64,000 bases of DNA, taken from an uncultured virus (IMG/VR IMGVR_UViG_3300034418_003293) (Duplodnaviria; Heunggongvirae; Uroviricota; Caudoviricetes). The notes beneath the pieces were generated by a model. It did no database searches and had not been told where the DNA came from. It saw only the letters and a program-made list of their open reading frames with translations. Positions 1 to 9,369 of the stretch are shown piece after piece. Numbering within the stretch: the stretch's first letter is position 1; every line of letters starts with the position of its first letter. The DNA is taken from the IMG/VR virus record IMGVR_UViG_3300034418_003293; one strand, 5' to 3'. A program made the position numbers and the translations under genes.

Positions 1-12
1 ACATATACCTAC

Positions 13-447
13 ATGCGTGTGTATGGTCCCGGTGAAGAATTACACTATCATTCTGATAGACCTTCTTGTGAAATCTCTGTTACAATCAATCTAGGACAAT
101 CTGGGAAGTTTGACTGGCCTATTTGGTATGCAGATCCTGACGACCTAACAGTAAGAATGCCTGTATCAGTTCAACCCAGAGAAGCAATGATTTATCGTGG
201 ATGTGACGTACCGCATTGGCGAGAAAAGTTTAATCCACCTAAAACAACAGATTGGCAATGTCAATTATTTCTACACTATGTAAATAAATTTGGTCCTTTT
301 CAACAGTTTGCATATGATCGCAGAGAACAGTTATTCATTGAACCTATTGGTAAAAGTGAATATTATAAAGAATTAATGGAAACGACGGATAATGAGAGAA
401 AGATTCGTTTCTCTATCGTAAAACGAACTGAAGAGTCTGGAGAATAA
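13..447 (+). CDS. 2OG-Fe(II) oxygenase (probably 5'-truncated by window edge)
   Basis: HxD motif (LHYHSDRPSCEISVTINL), distal His (HWRE) and QLFLHY, typical of phage 2OG-Fe(II) oxygenases. Confidence 0.8.
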   Translation: MRVYGPGEELHYHSDRPSCEISVTINLGQSGKFDWPIWYADPDDLTVRMPVSVQPREAMIYRGCDVPHWREKFNPPKTTDWQCQLFLHYVNKFGPFQQFAYDRREQLFIEPIGKSEYYKELMETTDNERKIRFSIVKRTEESGE

Positions 448-448
448 T

Positions 449-1150
449 GTGTCAATAAATATTGGTCATGAAGGTCAAATTCTAACAACTACATTTGAAA
501 ATAATTGGTATTGGTACTATGAAACTTTATTCTGGCCTGAACAGATTATGCGTATTCGTGAGATTTGTGAAAAAAGTGAAGAAGAAGAAGCGTTAACATA
601 TGGTATTGAAAATCCAGAAAACGCCAATCATACTATTCGTAAGAACAAAGTATCTTGGCATGATAATGAAGAACTATATTCTATGATTCGTCCAACAATC
701 GATGATGTCAATCAACAAAGTGGATGGAACTACAATATTACTGCTATAGAGCCATTTCAATATACAATATATTATGGTGACCAAAACCACTATCACTGGC
801 ATACAGACACCATTGTAAATGATAGAACATTACAACCCGATTATCCAGAAGACCATATTCTAAAAAATACCGTTCGTAAAATCAGTTGTAGTATTCAATT
901 GACAGACCCTAGTGAATATGATGGTGGAGAATTTGAGTTGTTATCATTAAAAGAAAAAAAAGAAGAAAATCGTGAAGAACAACTAAATCTTGATGGTTAT
1001 AATGTAATGGAACCTATTAAACTACCACACTTTAAAGAAAAAGGTTCAGCATTATTCTTTCCTTCTTTTACATATCATAGAGTAAAACCAGTAACAAATG
1101 GTATTCGTAGAAGTCTTGTTATTTGGTTACGTGGACCTAAATGGCAATAA
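449..1150 (+). CDS. 2OG-Fe(II) oxygenase (PKHD/prolyl-hydroxylase-like)
   Basis: YHWHTD, RKISCSIQL, YDGGEF, FPSFTYHRVKPVTNGIRRSLVIW motifs. Confidence 0.88.
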   Translation: MSINIGHEGQILTTTFENNWYWYYETLFWPEQIMRIREICEKSEEEEALTYGIENPENANHTIRKNKVSWHDNEELYSMIRPTIDDVNQQSGWNYNITAIEPFQYTIYYGDQNHYHWHTDTIVNDRTLQPDYPEDHILKNTVRKISCSIQLTDPSEYDGGEFELLSLKEKKEENREEQLNLDGYNVMEPIKLPHFKEKGSALFFPSFTYHRVKPVTNGIRRSLVIWLRGPKWQ

Positions 1151-1162
1151 CAATATAAACAT

Positions 1163-1170
1163 TATAAATA
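1163..1170 (+). promoter_or_regulatory. T4-type late promoter TATAAATA
   Basis: Exact gp55 consensus upstream of the neck gene. The same octamer occurs at 6686, 8668, 9329, 12780/12789, 15031, 17614, 46768, 50991 and 56171. Confidence 0.8.
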
Positions 1171-1198
1171 GTCATAAGACTTATACAAAGAGGGTACT

Positions 1199-1942
1199 AT
1201 GGCTATTCCTGCGACCAGAGAACAACATAAACAATATTGCCTTAGAAATCTAGGTTCTCCAGTTATAGATATCAACGTTGATGACGAACAACTAGAGGAT
1301 AGAATTGACGAAGCATTACAATACTATCGTGATTATCATTACGATGGTACAGAACATGTTTATTTAAAACATCAAATTACTTCTTCAGATAAAACCAACA
1401 AATACATCTCTATCCCAGAAAATATTCAAGGGATCGTGAGAGTGTTTGATATTGGGGATTCTATTAATAGTTCAAATCTATTCAATATTCGATATCAAAT
1501 TCATCTAAACGATCTTTTTGATTTTTCTAGTGCTTCATATGTTCCTTATGTGAACGCTATGAGACATGTAGAAATGCTTGAAGAAATCTTTGTTGGTAAG
1601 AAACCTATTCGTTTCAACCGTCACACAGATCGACTTTATATTGATATGGATTGGGAAACAGATGTTCTCGTAGATGAATACATCATCATTGATTGTTATC
1701 GCACAGTAGATCCAAATACATATACAGATGTTTGGGGTGATAGATGGTTACTTAGATATTCGACTGCTTTATTTAAAAGACAGTGGGGCGAAAATCTATC
1801 TAAGTTTCAAGGTATTCAACTTCCAGGAGGAATTCAATTTGACGGTGTTCGTATTCTAGGTGAAGCAAGAGAAGAAATTAATAAGTTAGAAGATGAAATG
1901 ATTACGAGTTATTCATTGCCCGTCCATGATATGATTGGATAA
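1199..1942 (+). CDS. gp13: neck protein gp13
   Basis: YCLRNLGSPVIDINVDDEQLEDRIDEALQ and KRQWGENLSKFQGIQLPGG; T4 synteny. Confidence 0.92.
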   Translation: MAIPATREQHKQYCLRNLGSPVIDINVDDEQLEDRIDEALQYYRDYHYDGTEHVYLKHQITSSDKTNKYISIPENIQGIVRVFDIGDSINSSNLFNIRYQIHLNDLFDFSSASYVPYVNAMRHVEMLEEIFVGKKPIRFNRHTDRLYIDMDWETDVLVDEYIIIDCYRTVDPNTYTDVWGDRWLLRYSTALFKRQWGENLSKFQGIQLPGGIQFDGVRILGEAREEINKLEDEMITSYSLPVHDMIG

Positions 1943-1945
1943 ATT

Positions 1946-2806
1946 ATGGCGACGAATAAGTATTTCAATAACTTCTCATACGCCAGAGAGCAAGACCTAG
2001 TTGAAGATCTCACGATTGAGGCTATCAAGATCTATGGTCATGATGTAAAGTACATTCCAAAAACAATCGTAGCGAGAGATAACTTATTCGGTGAAGATCC
2101 ACTGATGAAGTTTACAACCGCTGCTGATGTTGAGATGTATATCAAAAACGTGGAAGGATTTGAAGGAGAAGGTGATCTACTCTCAAGATTCGGTTTACAG
2201 ATACGAGATGAGATGACTTTCACTCTTGCTCGTAAAAGATTTGATCAGATTCGTACAGAAAAGTTGATGACAGAAGTAGGTTATAATCTACTTACAGAAC
2301 AGGCAAATACGGCTGTTCCATCAAGACAGTTTCTCACAGGGAACAATGAGACAGAATCTATCGTACTAGAAGCAGGCACTGCTAATGGATACTCAATCAG
2401 TTCTAATCGTCCATTAGAAGGAGATCTAATCTATTTTCCAATGGTTGATAAGATATTTGAGATCAAGTTTGTTGAACACGAACAGATTTTTTATCAAACC
2501 GGTAGATTACAGACATATGATTTACGTTGTGAATTATTTTCTTATAGTTCTGAAAAACTTGATACTGGATATAGTGAGATTGATATTGTTGAAGATCAAT
2601 ATTCACTTGATCAAACTTTCTATCAAACACTTCTTGAAGATGGCGAAGTTCTACTAGCTGAAGATGGTGATGGTATCGTACAAGAATTCCAAATTTCTAC
2701 AATTGATGCACAAGCAGATAATGATACTGTATATAAATCTAATATACTAGAAGACGATATTATTGATTTTAGTGAAAAAGATCCATGGTCAGAGGGTAGG
2801 TTCTGA
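1946..2806 (+). CDS. gp14: neck protein gp14
   Basis: EQDLVEDLTIEAIKIYGHDVKYIP, EGDLIYFP, FEIKFVEHE; synteny. Confidence 0.92.
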   Translation: MATNKYFNNFSYAREQDLVEDLTIEAIKIYGHDVKYIPKTIVARDNLFGEDPLMKFTTAADVEMYIKNVEGFEGEGDLLSRFGLQIRDEMTFTLARKRFDQIRTEKLMTEVGYNLLTEQANTAVPSRQFLTGNNETESIVLEAGTANGYSISSNRPLEGDLIYFPMVDKIFEIKFVEHEQIFYQTGRLQTYDLRCELFSYSSEKLDTGYSEIDIVEDQYSLDQTFYQTLLEDGEVLLAEDGDGIVQEFQISTIDAQADNDTVYKSNILEDDIIDFSEKDPWSEGRF

Positions 2807-3654
2807 TGTTTGAGTATTTTTATCACGGTACAATTAGACGTTATGTTCAAGTATTCGGATCATTATTCAATGATATCCAACTTGTAAGAACGGATTCGAA
2901 CGGTAATAGAGTACAAACACTTGCTGTTCCTTTAGCGTATGGACCCAAACAAAAATTTCTTGTCAGACTAGATACAAATCCAGATCTAGATAGAGAAGTT
3001 GCTATATCGCTTCCACGTCTTGGATTTGAGTTGACCGGCCTTACATATGATTCTACGAGAAAAATAAACTCCACTCAAAAGAATAGTTATATTATCACAT
3101 CTGATAATACTCAGTTGAGAACACAATATACACCTGTTCCTTATGATATTACATTTGTGTTATCAGCGTTTGTGAAGAATGCGGATGATGGTACACAAAT
3201 AGTAGAACAAATTGTTCCATATTTTAAACCAGAATGGAACGTATCAGTAAATCTAATACCATCTATGAATATAACTATGGATATACCAATTATATTGAAT
3301 AGTATAGATTTTGAGGATGTATATGATGGTGATTATTCTACTAGAAGAACTATTATCTGGAACTTCAATTTTACTTTAAAAGGTTATCTATACGGACCAA
3401 CTACAAACAGCGGACCAATTACAAGAATACAGATTGATCTACATGCTAATACAGCCTTAAATACTCCAAGGTCAAGTCGTCTTGTTACTGTTCCTGGATT
3501 ATTAGCTAATGGCGCGCCTACTACAAATAGTGCAGCGTCTATTGATAGAAGTTTAATTGATGTAAATGATAATTATGGATTTGCTTCGAATACCTTCTTC
3601 TATACAGACGGTTTGATATATAATCCAAGAACAGGAAGTGATCAACAACCATGA
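2806..3654 (+). CDS. gp15: tail sheath stabilizer/terminator gp15
   Basis: YFYHGTIRRYVQVFGSLFNDI, VPLAYGPKQKFL, QIVEQIVPYF. Confidence 0.92.
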   Translation: MFEYFYHGTIRRYVQVFGSLFNDIQLVRTDSNGNRVQTLAVPLAYGPKQKFLVRLDTNPDLDREVAISLPRLGFELTGLTYDSTRKINSTQKNSYIITSDNTQLRTQYTPVPYDITFVLSAFVKNADDGTQIVEQIVPYFKPEWNVSVNLIPSMNITMDIPIILNSIDFEDVYDGDYSTRRTIIWNFNFTLKGYLYGPTTNSGPITRIQIDLHANTALNTPRSSRLVTVPGLLANGAPTTNSAASIDRSLIDVNDNYGFASNTFFYTDGLIYNPRTGSDQQP

Positions 3655-4052
3655 GTTTCGATTCTAAATTCAGTCATGTACTAAACATAGATCCTCCTAA
3701 TGAAGTGGAGGTTATAGAACCTAATATTAATAAACAAATAGAAGATGATTACGACTATGCTAGACGTAATTTAAGAGATCTAATTGACTCTGGAATGGGT
3801 GATTTAGATAGAGTTATGGAAATTGCTCGACAGAGTGAATCTCCAAGAGCATTTGAAGTGGCGACAAATTTACTTAAAACATTAACTGATACAAACAAAG
3901 ATCTCCTTGAGTTGGCTAAGAAAAAGAAAGATATATTACAGACAAAAGAAGATAAACCGCAGAATGTAACCAATGCATTATTTGTAGGTTCAACTGCTGA
4001 TCTTCAAAAACTTATTCAAGGAGAAAAAAATGCAAGAAGTTCAGTCGATTAA
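3651..4052 (+). CDS. gp16: terminase small subunit gp16
   Basis: DDYDYARRNL, ESPRAFEV, NALFVGSTADLQK. Confidence 0.92.
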   Translation: MSFDSKFSHVLNIDPPNEVEVIEPNINKQIEDDYDYARRNLRDLIDSGMGDLDRVMEIARQSESPRAFEVATNLLKTLTDTNKDLLELAKKKKDILQTKEDKPQNVTNALFVGSTADLQKLIQGEKNARSSVD

Positions 4053-4503
4053 TTCTCTCAGTGGAGACTTGACAACTCTGATTCTTCCATGGATTGCTGT
4101 TCTAGTATCAGCAATCATTGCGTTTATGTTAAAAGACTTTGTAACTAACTTTGCCAAAGGTATGGCGTTTCAAATGAACCGAGCCTTCAATGAAGGTGAT
4201 AAAGTTATTCTTGATGGTTCAGATGCTATTATTGTAAAAGTTGGTATGAAACAAACAGTATTTGGTGTATTCAGTGATAAAGGATATACATGGAGATATG
4301 TACCAAATGAAAGAATACCATTTTTAAAGTTAGAAAAAGTAGTCGATCCTGAATTACACAAAGATAGTGAAGAAGAAAAAGGTAGAAGATTACAAAGAAT
4401 GATTGATTCTGCACAAGATGAAAAGATTGATTCTAATCATAATCATATTGCAAAAAACGCAGAAGAAATAGAGAAGTTAAAAAACAAAGATGATAAAAAC
4501 TAA
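4030..4503 (+). CDS. MscS-like (mechanosensitive channel domain) membrane protein
   Basis: N-terminal TM helix followed by FNEGDKVILDG...IVKVGMKQT...VPNERI, resembling the MscS beta-domain. Confidence 0.6.
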   Translation: MQEVQSINSLSGDLTTLILPWIAVLVSAIIAFMLKDFVTNFAKGMAFQMNRAFNEGDKVILDGSDAIIVKVGMKQTVFGVFSDKGYTWRYVPNERIPFLKLEKVVDPELHKDSEEEKGRRLQRMIDSAQDEKIDSNHNHIAKNAEEIEKLKNKDDKN

Positions 4504-4837
4504 TTACGATTATTTTGTACAAAAGTTTCTAGAACCGTTTTTAGCATGTTTACTTTGTATGGTTCAAGGAGACTTAACTGTACTTACATTAAGTCATTTT
4601 ATAACAGCAAGTAAAACAGCAGTGATTGCTTTAGTACTTACAGTAATGTTATCTTTATTTAATATAAATCATAGTAAATGGTTTGCATTGGCTTTAACTG
4701 GATTTGCCACTCTTGTTGCTGATATTTTAAGTCATCCATCTCGTTATGATGGCATATATACAGAATCTATGTTGACCGCAGGTGCTGCTATGTTACTCGC
4801 TTTAATGTTTGATAGAATTTTTAGAAGATATGTCTGA
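4490..4837 (+). CDS. hypothetical multi-pass membrane protein
   Basis: 3-4 hydrophobic segments; coupled to neighbouring ORFs. Confidence 0.6.
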   Translation: MIKTNYDYFVQKFLEPFLACLLCMVQGDLTVLTLSHFITASKTAVIALVLTVMLSLFNINHSKWFALALTGFATLVADILSHPSRYDGIYTESMLTAGAAMLLALMFDRIFRRYV

Positions 4838-6458
4838 TGCTTATTTAAGTAATCCGAATCTAAAAAAGATCGGTGTTGATATTGAATTTACTCAAGATCA
4901 AATTCAAGAGTACATTAAGTGTGCTCAGGATCCAATATACTTTGTAAAAAATTATGTCAAGATTGTTCATGTAGATAAAGGTCTTATTCCTTTAGATCTA
5001 TATGCATATCAAGAACGAATGATCAATACTTTTCATAATAATCGTTTTGTTATCACAAAGATGCCGAGACAGTCTGGTAAATCAACTGCGGTCATTGGAT
5101 TTATTCTTCATTATGTTCTTTTCAATGAAAATAAAAACGTAGCATTACTTGCCAATAAGGCAGAATTGGCTAGAGAACTTCTTGATAGATTAAAGAAAGC
5201 ATATGAGAATCTACCTTTATGGATGCAACAAGGTATTGCTGTATGGAATAAAGGTTCTATTGAACTAGAAAATGGATCAAAAATTCTCGCTACATCTACG
5301 ACGGGTTCTGCTGCTCGTGGTCAATCATTCTCTCTTGTCTTTCTAGATGAATTTGCTTTCGTTCCTCATGGTATTGCTAGTGAGTTCTTTAAGTCTGTTT
5401 ATCCTACAATCTCATCTGGTCAAGAGACTAAAATGATTATAGTCTCTACACCATCGGGTATGAATCATTTCTACAAGATGTGGGTTGAGGCTGAAGAAGA
5501 ACGCAGTAAGTTTATACCAATTGCTGTTGATTGGTGGGAAACACCAGGAAGAGATGAGAAGTGGAAAGAAGAACAAATAGCAAATACAAGTGAAGAAGAT
5601 TTTAATCAAGAGTTTGCTTGCGAATTCTTAGGTAGTAGTAATACACTCATCAATGTAAATATACTCCGAAATTTGACCTTTGTCAACCCTAAATTTTCAA
5701 AAAATGGATTTGATCAGTATGAAGATATAAAAGAAAAACACGAGTATGTAATATCTGTCGATACATCTCGTGGCGTTGGTGGAGATAACTCAGCTTTCAC
5801 TGTTATCGATATCACACAGATACCATATAGAGTTGTCGCTAAATTCAAAGACTCTACTATTTCACCTATTTTATATCCAGAGTTAGTATATAATGTAGCT
5901 AAGAACTTTAACAATGCTTTTGTTTTAGTTGAAATAAATGATATTGGCGAACAAGTTGCTTCTACTCTTTATAGAGACTTGGAATATGAAAATATTTTCA
6001 TGACAAATATGAGAGGTAGATCTGGTCAAATTATTGGTAGTGGATTTGGCAATAAACCACAATATGGTGTAAGAACTACAAAACAAGTCAAAAGAATTGG
6101 TTGTTCTACCTTAAAAGATATGGTAGAGAATCAAAAAATTATTATACAAGATTTTGACATAATTGAAGAGTTATCTAATTTCATTAGTAAGAAGGAATCT
6201 TTTGAAGCCGATGAAGGATATCACGACGATTTAGTAATGTGTCTAGTATTATTTGGATGGCTTGTAAGACAAGATTATTTCAAAGAACTTACAAACACTG
6301 ATATTAGAAAAAGAATACTAGAAGATAAAGAATCTATGATGGAAGAAGATATGTTACCGTTTGGTTTTAGATATGATGCGGCAAATGATGCAGAAATGAT
6401 CGTAAACGATCCTTACAGTCTAGAAGATCTTAAAGACCAGTTTATTAATCGTTGGTAG
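4830..6458 (+). CDS. gp17: terminase large subunit gp17
   Basis: Walker A (PRQSGKST), Walker B (VFLDEFAF), nuclease motif HDDLVM; start taken at ATG 4830 (MSDAYLSNPNLK). Confidence 0.96.
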   Translation: MSDAYLSNPNLKKIGVDIEFTQDQIQEYIKCAQDPIYFVKNYVKIVHVDKGLIPLDLYAYQERMINTFHNNRFVITKMPRQSGKSTAVIGFILHYVLFNENKNVALLANKAELARELLDRLKKAYENLPLWMQQGIAVWNKGSIELENGSKILATSTTGSAARGQSFSLVFLDEFAFVPHGIASEFFKSVYPTISSGQETKMIIVSTPSGMNHFYKMWVEAEEERSKFIPIAVDWWETPGRDEKWKEEQIANTSEEDFNQEFACEFLGSSNTLINVNILRNLTFVNPKFSKNGFDQYEDIKEKHEYVISVDTSRGVGGDNSAFTVIDITQIPYRVVAKFKDSTISPILYPELVYNVAKNFNNAFVLVEINDIGEQVASTLYRDLEYENIFMTNMRGRSGQIIGSGFGNKPQYGVRTTKQVKRIGCSTLKDMVENQKIIIQDFDIIEELSNFISKKESFEADEGYHDDLVMCLVLFGWLVRQDYFKELTNTDIRKRILEDKESMMEEDMLPFGFRYDAANDAEMIVNDPYSLEDLKDQFINRW

Positions 6459-6645
6459 ACCATGGATCAACGAATAGAACAGATTGAAACTTCTTTTTCA
6501 TACTCTCACTAATTTTTCTTTTAGTTTCTTCACTATGAGATTTGCCCATATGTGCCTTACTCATCTTAATACGAGTTTCTTTAGACTTGGGTTTACCAAG
6601 TTTAGCAAGACTCATTTTATGTCTGGTTTCTTCCGTTTTTCTCAT
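6445..6645 (-). CDS. stand-alone NUMOD3-repeat DNA-binding peptide (possible homing endonuclease remnant)
   Basis: Three NUMOD3-like repeats (KTEETRHKMS, KSKETRIKMS, HSEETKRKIS); TAATAAATA late-promoter variant just upstream on the - strand. Confidence 0.65.
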   Translation of the reverse strand: MRKTEETRHKMSLAKLGKPKSKETRIKMSKAHMGKSHSEETKRKISESMKKKFQSVLFVDPWSTND

Positions 6646-6738
6646 ATTTCTATTTATTAACTAAGTTTATTAAAAACGTTAAAAATATAAATAAAAAGAA
6701 AATGATATCTTTGTTCGTTTTAATCTAAGGAGTAAGAA

Positions 6739-8667
6739 ATGGCATTCCAAGTTTCTCCAGGCGTCAACGTTAGTGAGATTGATCTTACTACTGTTGTACC
6801 CGCTGTATCAACATCTATTGGTGCTATTGCTGGACATTTTCGGTGGGGTCCAGTAGATAAGAGAGTTTTAGTTTCCCAAGAAACCGCTCTTGTAAGCACA
6901 TTCCAGAAACCTAACGCAAATACTGCGGAAGACTTCTTCACAGCAACTAACTTCCTCTCATATTCAAATGCATTACAGGTAGTTCGTGTTGTAGCAACTG
7001 GTAACAGTTCTGTGGCCACCTCAGCACGTAATGCAACAACAAACGCTGCAAATACGTTAAACACTGTCATCAAAAACGAAGATGACTACGAAGATAACTA
7101 TTCTACAGGTATCTCAAATGTTGGTGAATGGGTTGCAAAATATCCAGGGGAATTGGGTAACTCTCTCAAAATCTCTGTATGTCCAAGCGCACAAGCATGG
7201 TCAAATTCTATCGCTGGTACGATTGCTGTAACCACACAAACAACTGCTGTTACCGGTACATCTACTTTCTTTGATACACAATTAGTTGTTGGTGACCTAC
7301 TAGAAATTGGTCCAGATAAAGAAAAAGTTCGTGTTTCTGCTATTGCCAACTCAACAGTACTAACACTTGAAAGAAAGTATACTGGCAACACTGTTAGTGG
7401 TTATGCTGCAACTCGTTATTGGGAGTTCTACAACTTCTTTGATATTGCACCAGGAACTTCAACATATGCTAATACTGCTAGTGCAACCGCTGATGAAATG
7501 CATATCGCTGTAGTAGATGAAGATGGTGAATGGACTGGTGTAAAGAATCAAGTTATTGAAGTATTTCCAGCCGTTTCTATGGCATCTGATGCTAAGACAG
7601 AAGATGGACGTAGTAATTACTATAAGGATGTTATTAATAATCGGTCACAGTATGTATGGTGGACTAAACATCATGCTTCTAATACAAATGCTGGTAAGAA
7701 AGCTTCTGGTGTTACCTTTGTTGGTGATACCGATGTACAGACCAGTTCGTTTGTAAACGGACGCGATGGTAATACACCAACCAGTGCTAACTATCTCTTA
7801 GGATATGACAAGTTCAAAAACGCTGAAGAAGTAGACGTAACAATAATTCTTGGCGCTTCTGCTAATGCTGTAAGAGCGCGTTATCTTATCGAACAAATAT
7901 GTGAAGTTCGTAAAGACTGTGTTGCTGTTATTTCTCCAGAGAAAACAGACGTTGTAGACAATCGTCTCTACGCTGGTTCAGAAACAGAAGACATCATTGC
8001 TTATCGTGATACTCTACCATCAAGTTCATATGGTATCATGGACTCTGGTTGGAAGTATCAATACGACAAGTACAATGACGTATATCGTTACATTCCAGCT
8101 AATGGTGATGTAGCAGGAACGATGGCTCGGACAGACAATCTTCGTGATCCTTGGTATTCACCTGCTGGTTTCAACCGTGGTCAAATCAAGAATGTCGTTA
8201 AAATGGCGTTCACACCTAATAAAGCTGAAAGGGATGAACTCTATAAGAAGGGCATCAATCCAATTACTACATTCCCAGGACAAGGAACTGTACTATTTGG
8301 TGATAAGACACTTCTTGCTAAACCAAGCGCATTTGATCGTATCAATGTTCGCCGTCTCTTTATTGTACTAGAGAAAGCTATTTCTACTGCTTCTAAGTTT
8401 ACACTCTTTGAATTCAACGATGAGTTTACAAGAGCTAACTTTGTAAATCTTGTAGAACCATTACTCCGTGACGTACAAGGTCGCCGTGGTATCACAGATT
8501 TCAGAGTTGTTTGTGACGAAACAAACAATACTCTTGAAGTTATTGATCGTAATGAATTTGTTGGCGATATCTTTATCAAACCCTCTCGGTCAATCAACTT
8601 TATTCAACTAAACTTCGTAGCTGGCCGCACTGGTGTTGAATTTAGTGAAGTTGTTGGTCAAGTTTAA
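6739..8667 (+). CDS. gp18: tail sheath protein gp18
   Basis: MAFQVSPGVNVSEIDLT, PWYSPAGFNRG, FDRINVRRLF. Confidence 0.97.
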   Translation: MAFQVSPGVNVSEIDLTTVVPAVSTSIGAIAGHFRWGPVDKRVLVSQETALVSTFQKPNANTAEDFFTATNFLSYSNALQVVRVVATGNSSVATSARNATTNAANTLNTVIKNEDDYEDNYSTGISNVGEWVAKYPGELGNSLKISVCPSAQAWSNSIAGTIAVTTQTTAVTGTSTFFDTQLVVGDLLEIGPDKEKVRVSAIANSTVLTLERKYTGNTVSGYAATRYWEFYNFFDIAPGTSTYANTASATADEMHIAVVDEDGEWTGVKNQVIEVFPAVSMASDAKTEDGRSNYYKDVINNRSQYVWWTKHHASNTNAGKKASGVTFVGDTDVQTSSFVNGRDGNTPTSANYLLGYDKFKNAEEVDVTIILGASANAVRARYLIEQICEVRKDCVAVISPEKTDVVDNRLYAGSETEDIIAYRDTLPSSSYGIMDSGWKYQYDKYNDVYRYIPANGDVAGTMARTDNLRDPWYSPAGFNRGQIKNVVKMAFTPNKAERDELYKKGINPITTFPGQGTVLFGDKTLLAKPSAFDRINVRRLFIVLEKAISTASKFTLFEFNDEFTRANFVNLVEPLLRDVQGRRGITDFRVVCDETNNTLEVIDRNEFVGDIFIKPSRSINFIQLNFVAGRTGVEFSEVVGQV

Positions 8668-8699
8668 TATAAATAAAAGTAAAGATAAGGAGTCATAAA

Positions 8700-9260
8700 A
8701 TGGCATTTAATATTGCAGGGTTTCAAGGACAGCTAACTGGTGGTGGTGCTCGCCCCAATCTGTTTCAAGTAACCATTGACAATCCAGTTGACCGTGGTTC
8801 ATTTATTAAGACCTCATTCATGGTTCAGGCAGCTCAGATTCCCGAAGCAACTCTTGGCGTAGCTACAGTCAACTACTTCGGTCGGCAGATCAAATATGCT
8901 GGTAACAGAGTTTTCGCTGATTGGACAGTTACAGTCATGAATGACGAAGACTTCCTAATCCGCGATGGAATGGAACGTTGGTCAAATGCAATCAACGGAC
9001 TACAAACAAACATTCGTTCTACCGCTCTAGCGCAAGCCGCACAGTACAAGTCAAATGCTACTGTTACACAATTTGCTAAAACTGGAGAACCAATCAGAAC
9101 TTACAACTTTGTCGGTCTGTTCCCATTAACAGTTGGTGCAATTGCACTTGATTGGGGTACAAACGACGCCGTTGAAACTTTTGATGTCACGTTCTCTTAC
9201 GATTTCTGGCAAGCTGGTCAAGGTGTTGTAGGTCAGGTAACTGCCCCGCTCTTTGGTTAA
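8700..9260 (+). CDS. gp19: tail tube protein gp19
   Basis: GGGARPNLFQV, GRQIKYAGNRVFADWTVTVMNDEDF. Confidence 0.95.
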   Translation: MAFNIAGFQGQLTGGGARPNLFQVTIDNPVDRGSFIKTSFMVQAAQIPEATLGVATVNYFGRQIKYAGNRVFADWTVTVMNDEDFLIRDGMERWSNAINGLQTNIRSTALAQAAQYKSNATVTQFAKTGEPIRTYNFVGLFPLTVGAIALDWGTNDAVETFDVTFSYDFWQAGQGVVGQVTAPLFG

Positions 9261-9279
9261 TATTAGTTTGTAGAGTATT

Positions 9280-9313
9280 AAAACGGTGGTTTCTATGAGA
9301 CCACCGTTTTTTT
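9280..9313 (+). terminator. Rho-independent terminator after gp19
   Basis: AAAACGGTGGT-loop-ACCACCGTTTT hairpin with U tract. Confidence 0.85.
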
Positions 9314-9369
9314 ATGTTTATCTTCATTTATAAATAGATAAAACAAAATACATTTTAGGAAATGAAAAT

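Noticed and set aside
8440..8640. Atypical residues in the conserved gp18 C-terminus (EPLLRD, NNTLEV, FVAGRTG)
   Set aside because: Could be natural divergence or base-call errors; not interpretable without reads
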